From the IMG/VR virus record IMGVR_UViG_3300045988_109730: a DNA stretch of 47,355 nt. One strand, given 5' to 3'. Positions 42,421 to 47,355 of the stretch are shown here, piece after piece. Within the stretch, counting starts at the first letter, position 1, and every line of letters starts with the position of its first letter. The notes beneath the pieces were generated by a model. It had not been told where the DNA came from, did not search any database, and was given only the letters and a program-made list of their open reading frames with translations. The translations under genes and the position numbers were made by a program. This DNA is from a virus.

Positions 42421-43380
42421 ATGGACATATATATTACTGGAAAAAATTCAAAAGGGAATGATCAGAAGATACAAATTCCGATCATTCCTGAAGAAATTGA
42501 ATCATCAATCGAAGGTAAGTTTGCAGAATATGATATCTATAAATTAGGTCAGGTCAGTGTTCCGAATGGTAAAAATCTTTCAGAACTAAGCTGGGAATGT
42601 TTTTTTCCCGGAGAAGCAAGAAAAGGCATGAAATTTGTTCGTAAGTGGACTGATCCAGCAACCTTAGATGCACTGATGAAATACTGGGCTAAGTATGGGA
42701 AAGTGGTAAATGTCTGTATTACAGGAACGAAGATCAATGTTGATATGCGTGTTTCAGAATACGATTCTACGGTCAAAAGCCTGAATGATTATTACTACAC
42801 GGTAAGATTTATCGACTACGAAAAAATAAGTGTTTCCTCAACGAAAAGAAGTACCAAAACCACAAAGAAAAAGGTCAAAGTAAAGAAAGGACAAACATTA
42901 CGGAAACTTGCAAAAAAATATCTTGGGTCCAGTAAAAAATACAAGGTTATTTATAATGCAAATAAGAAACTGATTGATTCTAGGAATAAAAAGGAACGTA
43001 AGAAACATCCAAAGAAAAAGATCAGCAAATATACGATCTATAAAGGACAGGTGCTTGTGATTCCTGTTCCAAGCAGTAAATCAGTTTCTAATTCCAAGGT
43101 TGAGGAATTAAAGAAAGCAATGAATAAAGATGGCTACTCGAAGCTGAAAGTTGATAAAAAGCTGACATCTTCGATGAAATCAGCCATGAAAAAGATCAAG
43201 ATCCGAACCGGAAGAAAAGGACAGGTCGTAAAATTTGTGCAAAAAATGGTAGGAGTCAAACAGGATGGTACTTGTGGATCTAAGACAGTATCAGCAATAA
43301 AAACTTACCAACGAAAGCATAAATTGACAGTAACCGGTGTCGCTGATTATAAAACACTGTTAAAAATGATAGGAGGATAG
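42421..43380 (+). CDS. LysM plus peptidoglycan-binding-domain tail protein (XkdP-like)
   Basis: LysM (VKKGQTLRKLAKKYLGSSKKYKVIYNANKKLI...YKGQVLVIP). PG_binding_1-like C-terminus (VQKMVGVKQDGTCGSKTVSAIKTYQRKHKLTVTG). Its native RBS is missing and replaced by adapter. Confidence 0.75.
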   Translation: MDIYITGKNSKGNDQKIQIPIIPEEIESSIEGKFAEYDIYKLGQVSVPNGKNLSELSWECFFPGEARKGMKFVRKWTDPATLDALMKYWAKYGKVVNVCITGTKINVDMRVSEYDSTVKSLNDYYYTVRFIDYEKISVSSTKRSTKTTKKKVKVKKGQTLRKLAKKYLGSSKKYKVIYNANKKLIDSRNKKERKKHPKKKISKYTIYKGQVLVIPVPSSKSVSNSKVEELKKAMNKDGYSKLKVDKKLTSSMKSAMKKIKIRTGRKGQVVKFVQKMVGVKQDGTCGSKTVSAIKTYQRKHKLTVTGVADYKTLLKMIGG

Positions 43381-43386
43381 GAAGAT

Positions 43387-44385
43387 ATGCCGAGTTTAGG
43401 AAATCCACTGTATAAAGCGGTTGTAAAGACAACATCGGGGCAAGAATATGATCTATACAAGCTGAAAGTTATACTGGACTTGACAATATCTGATGATCCT
43501 GATTCGCTGGCAAAGGAAGTCAGCTTAACAGTAATGAACGCTGCGAAAAATGGTGTAACACTTGCGACATTGATTCAGCCATCAGATCGATTATACATAT
43601 ATTCGAATGCTGGACATGGAGATTTTGAAGTATTTCGAGGCGTGATCTGGGATCGAGACAGGGTTACCGATACAGAAAAAAAGGTAACATTTACAGCCTA
43701 TGATTACTTGATTTATATGATGAAATCCCAAGATTATTTTTATTATAAAAAAGGTCTCAGCACAAAGGAAATTGTAAAAAGAATCTGTACTGCATGGAAG
43801 TTGAAACTGAAATACAGTTACGGATCAATCAAAAACAAAAGGATCAAACCAGTGCAAAAGAACATTGGAGATATGATAGTATATGTGCTGAACAAAGCGA
43901 AAAGTAAACTTTCCAGCCGATATATTTTTACGATTGAAGGAACTACAGTGATTGTCAAGTATGCCAATACTAATACAACGATTTATAAGATTGAGGAAGG
44001 AAAGAATGTAATCTCCATAGAGGTAAAAGAGACAATGGATGATATCGTTACAAAGATAAAGATCTACGGAGAAGCTAAGAAAAAGTCAATCCCTAAACTT
44101 GCATCAGTATCTAAGAATACATCGAAGTTTGGTACGATCCAAGAAGTCATGGATAAAGACAAGAAGGAGAAACTTTCAAAAATAAAGAAACAAGCACAAA
44201 AGAAATTGAAGAGCAGTGCAAAGGTCAAGTATGAATATATAGTAACGGCGATCAGTAATCCGAAGATAAAACGTGGAGACACCGTTTATGTTGGATGTGG
44301 TACCGCTGGACTGAAAGGAAATAAAACAGTAAAAAGTATTACACATGACTGTGTGGCTGGTACGATGGACGTTGTTTTTTACTAA
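43387..44385 (+). CDS. Baseplate hub / late control D-like protein (XkdQ-like)
   Basis: Position and size in a PBSX-type baseplate block. Confidence 0.6.
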   Translation: MPSLGNPLYKAVVKTTSGQEYDLYKLKVILDLTISDDPDSLAKEVSLTVMNAAKNGVTLATLIQPSDRLYIYSNAGHGDFEVFRGVIWDRDRVTDTEKKVTFTAYDYLIYMMKSQDYFYYKKGLSTKEIVKRICTAWKLKLKYSYGSIKNKRIKPVQKNIGDMIVYVLNKAKSKLSSRYIFTIEGTTVIVKYANTNTTIYKIEEGKNVISIEVKETMDDIVTKIKIYGEAKKKSIPKLASVSKNTSKFGTIQEVMDKDKKEKLSKIKKQAQKKLKSSAKVKYEYIVTAISNPKIKRGDTVYVGCGTAGLKGNKTVKSITHDCVAGTMDVVFY

Positions 44386-44396
44386 AGGAGAGTTCT

Positions 44397-44672
44397 ATGC
44401 AGAGAAATGGAAGAAAAAATTTTATTCGTGCGATCGAACAGATTTCTAAAGGAAACCAAAGTGCAGCGGATGTTGTTGCAGAACTTGGAACTATGAAAGA
44501 CGGAGGGATTCTTCCTGACTCTTATCCAGAAAGTGCAGAACCGGATGACGATTTTTTAATGTTGTCTAATGCGAAAGTAAGTGATGGCGATCGAGTATTA
44601 CTGATCTGGACAGATGCAGAGGAAATCGTTGTGATCGGTAAAGTGGAAGGAGATGAAGAAGATGCCGGATAA
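44397..44672 (+). CDS. Small baseplate protein (XkdR/DUF2577-like)
   Basis: Position and size. Confidence 0.5.
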   Translation: MQRNGRKNFIRAIEQISKGNQSAADVVAELGTMKDGGILPDSYPESAEPDDDFLMLSNAKVSDGDRVLLIWTDAEEIVVIGKVEGDEEDAG

Positions 44673-45159
44673 TCTTTTCCCAGAGGAATATGAAAATGAA
44701 GAAGAATATTTTGAAGATGAAGAGAATGAAGGAACTGAGGAAGAAAATACAGAAGAAGAGGAAGATGCAGGTTATAAACCCAGCATCTTTTTTGATTTTG
44801 ATACTGGAGACTTTGTTACGCTTCACGATGGAAAATTAAAAGAGGCATCCGGGTTCGAGGCGTGGGTGCAATGGTGTTACAAAACGATCATGACACAAAG
44901 ATACGCTCATGAAGGATATTCCACCGACATTGGGATTGACTATGAAAGTGCCTTGCAAGCGGATAGCCGTGAAGAGGCAGAAAGCATTTTACAAAGAGAA
45001 ATCGAAGAAGCATTGATGGCTGATCCGTCCGAAAGAACTTTGTACGTTGGGAATATTATGTTTCAATGGGAAGCAGAACATTGTCTTGTAACAGTACAGG
45101 TGCAGGGTATTGATGGAGATATAGAAATACAGACACAATTTGAAAGTGAGGTGGTCTAA
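44653..45159 (+). CDS. Baseplate wedge protein (XkdS/DUF2634, gp25-like) with acidic N-terminus
   Basis: Position directly before baseplate J. Confidence 0.5.
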   Translation: MKKMPDNLFPEEYENEEEYFEDEENEGTEEENTEEEEDAGYKPSIFFDFDTGDFVTLHDGKLKEASGFEAWVQWCYKTIMTQRYAHEGYSTDIGIDYESALQADSREEAESILQREIEEALMADPSERTLYVGNIMFQWEAEHCLVTVQVQGIDGDIEIQTQFESEVV

Positions 45160-45161
45160 AA

Positions 45162-46313
45162 ATGGCATTGGAAGCAGAAGAACTAGAATTGCCAGATTTC
45201 TTGAATAATTCGAGTGAAGAGGAAATCCATGAAAAGATGCTTAGCAATCTTCCAGAAGATATTGATAAATCCGAAGGCGGTTTTCCTTGGGATTTTACAC
45301 GTCCGACAGCGATTGAGATAGCAGAGCTAAAAGAATATGTGCTTGTGGAAGTATTGAAAAGTCTTTCGCCGGTAACCTGTGAAGAATCTTACCTATTGGA
45401 TTACCACGCTGATGGAAGAGGTCTTGTACGAAGAGAATCGGTAAATGCAACAGGATATGTGACTGTTACAGCAAAAGCCGGTCTTGTTATTCCTTTAGGA
45501 TATGGTTTTTCTACAGAAGCAGATGACGAAGGAAATACGATAGATTTTGTAACAACAGAGGAAGTTACGGTCGATTCTCTTGGAAATGCAAAGATTCCAA
45601 TTGAGGCAGCAGAAGGAGGATCTGCAAGCAATGTTGGAGTAAATACGATCGTATTACATACTGGAGATGAGACAGGAGAACTGCTCGATGAAATAATCTC
45701 TGTTACAAATGAGGAAGCTGTTACAGGCGGTTTGGATGAAGAGGACGATGATACTTTAAGAGAACGAATTGTTGAGTATGATCGAAGCCATGACATTTCC
45801 TATGTTGGAAATGTTGCAGACTATAAACGATGGGCATTGTCAGTTCCCGGTGTTGGTGCAGTTACTGTGATACCAGCAAAAGATGACTCTGGAATAATCA
45901 AGATCATCTTAATGGATCAGAACGGAGTACCAGCATCGAAGCAGATTCAAGATGCTGTATATAATTATATTATGCGTCCAGATAGTGAATCAGATCGTTT
46001 AGCACCGCCCAATGCTGTATTAGAGATAACGGCTCCTGAAACAGTAGTAGTTAACATATCAGCTGTGGTTTATTTGAGAGAAGCAGAAATTGGCGATGTG
46101 CAGAATGATTTGAAAGCTGCACTTCAGTCATATTTGTTAAATGTTTCATCGAATGATAGTGCGGTTAGAATATCAGCGATCAACAGTATCCTTGGAGCTG
46201 TATCAGGTATCTATGATTATGACAGTGTACAAATCAATGGAGTGTCAAAAAATGTAGACCTTGAATCTGGACAAATGCCGGTTTTAGGAACAGTAACAAT
46301 AACGGAGGGATAA
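45162..46313 (+). CDS. Baseplate J-like protein (XkdT-like)
   Basis: Size, position, and N-terminal ...EGGFPWDFTRPTAIEIAEL... pattern. Confidence 0.75.
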   Translation: MALEAEELELPDFLNNSSEEEIHEKMLSNLPEDIDKSEGGFPWDFTRPTAIEIAELKEYVLVEVLKSLSPVTCEESYLLDYHADGRGLVRRESVNATGYVTVTAKAGLVIPLGYGFSTEADDEGNTIDFVTTEEVTVDSLGNAKIPIEAAEGGSASNVGVNTIVLHTGDETGELLDEIISVTNEEAVTGGLDEEDDDTLRERIVEYDRSHDISYVGNVADYKRWALSVPGVGAVTVIPAKDDSGIIKIILMDQNGVPASKQIQDAVYNYIMRPDSESDRLAPPNAVLEITAPETVVVNISAVVYLREAEIGDVQNDLKAALQSYLLNVSSNDSAVRISAINSILGAVSGIYDYDSVQINGVSKNVDLESGQMPVLGTVTITEG

Positions 46314-46317
46314 TACT

Positions 46318-46890
46318 ATGTGGTATAAAACAGACCTTATGGAGCAAATCCTGACGAGTGAAAGTGCAAAACAAATGATTGACTATGTATCGCCGATTTA
46401 TGGGAAATCAAGAATCGGACTTTGGCTGTTCCAAGTGATCGGACTTGAGATAGATGACGTAAAAACAATATGTAAAGATATATTTGATCAGATATTTGTT
46501 GATCGTGCTACATGGGGGCTCCCTATTTGGGAAAAAGAATACGGAATAACGCCGCTTCCAGATCAGACGATTGAGCAGAGAAGAACACAAATTTTGCAAA
46601 TGAGGATAAAAAGGCCTTTGAATCCTAAAAGGTTTGAAAAGATCATAGAAGCTTTGAGCGGTGTAGAAACAAAGCTCATAGAAAATACAGCAAAAAATAC
46701 ATTTCAAGTCAATCTTTATGGCGAAGTAAATAATTATGATGAAGTAGTAAGAAGAATTGACGAATTGAAACCAGCACATTTATTGTGCGATATTCGTGTT
46801 TCATACGTTATAGAATCAGAGACGGCATTGAATTATGCGATTGTTTCAGGATCTTGTGAATATTCTTCTTCGATCGTTAGTGAGGTATAA
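46318..46890 (+). CDS. Baseplate/tail protein XkdU/DUF2313-like (P2 gpI-like)
   Basis: RATWGLPIWEKEYGITPLPDQTIEQRRTQILQ motif. Sits between baseplate J and the fibre. Confidence 0.65.
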   Translation: MWYKTDLMEQILTSESAKQMIDYVSPIYGKSRIGLWLFQVIGLEIDDVKTICKDIFDQIFVDRATWGLPIWEKEYGITPLPDQTIEQRRTQILQMRIKRPLNPKRFEKIIEALSGVETKLIENTAKNTFQVNLYGEVNNYDEVVRRIDELKPAHLLCDIRVSYVIESETALNYAIVSGSCEYSSSIVSEV

Positions 46891-46894
46891 AATC

Positions 46895-47355
46895 ATGTGG
46901 GAAAATACAGTAATTACAAATGCAGGTATTGAATTATTAAAGAATGCCTTAAGCGGAGGAACAATAACAGTAACAGCGATCAAGTCTGGTGCTGGTAAAG
47001 TTGACGTTAGTGCTTTGAAAAGTCAGACGGCGGTATCATCAATTAAGCAGTCTGGAACAGTACAGGGCGTGACAAAAACAAACGAAACAATCAAGATAGG
47101 AGTATTGTTTTCAAACGCTGGTTTATCTGCCGGATACAGCATGACACAGCTTGGAATTTATGCAAAAGGATCAACCGGAAGTGAAGTGTTGTTTGCGATT
47201 TCTCAAAGTACAACAGGGAAAGAAGTTCCGGCAGAATCGGCTATGCCGTCATGGTCGTTAGTACATAATTTTTACATCAAGCTTAATAATGATGTAAAAA
47301 TGACAGCAACGGTTGATCCAGAAGGGTACGTTACATTTGAAACTATGCAGACAGC
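46895..47355 (+). CDS. Tail fibre protein, N-terminal part (continues at 56-776 after the junction)
   Basis: ATG at 46895. The frame is continuous through the 55-bp overlap into 45-776, giving a 393-aa full protein. Confidence 0.8.
   Translation, partial: MWENTVITNAGIELLKNALSGGTITVTAIKSGAGKVDVSALKSQTAVSSIKQSGTVQGVTKTNETIKIGVLFSNAGLSAGYSMTQLGIYAKGSTGSEVLFAISQSTTGKEVPAESAMPSWSLVHNFYIKLNNDVKMTATVDPEGYVTFETMQT

Larger units (their letters stand above)
1..47300. mobile_element. Complete temperate contractile-tailed phage genome (circularly closed contig)
   Basis: Full set of lysogeny, replication/recombination, packaging, head, tail and lysis modules. The ends overlap by 55 bp. Confidence 0.85.

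Overview
The window is one complete temperate phage genome of low-GC, Firmicutes type. It is assembled as a circular contig: bases 1-55 are identical to 47301-47355, so the unique length is 47,300 bp. Modules in order: tail fibre (spans the contig junction) and Ig-like proteins; lysis (XhlA-like, holin-like, amidase/SH3 endolysin); an attP-like repeat region; tyrosine integrase (-). Then a three-gene cargo island (-), ImmA protease and XRE repressor (-), and a divergent Cro-like switch. Next come early genes (YqaJ exonuclease, DUF1351, RecT, RusA, HNH, DUF4373 replication protein, antirepressor), many small ORFs and a late regulator. Then a HicAB toxin-antitoxin moron, a tRNA, terS/terL, portal, MuF-like protein, XkdF-like protease, scaffold, decoration protein and major capsid protein. 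The window ends with a PBSX-like contractile tail: sheath, tube, frameshifted chaperone, tape measure, LysM protein and baseplate. Main hunt results: (1) a DUF4041/T5orf172 nuclease-like protein, a SAP-domain protein and a HEPN-like (RNTSTH) protein inserted in the lysogeny operon, a candidate undescribed prophage defence system with recombination scars (ImmA-tail fusion, flanking 20-bp palindromes, a consensus antisense promoter); (2) a promoterless inverted alternative tail-fibre C-terminus with in-frame inverted repeats, suggesting a host-range switch; (3) an Illumina adapter dimer assembled at the tape-measure 3' end; (4) three long stems (21-25 bp) closing intergenic segments, where all mismatched transitions are G-U compatible on the sense strand; (5) a MuF protein with an HExxH C-terminal extension.
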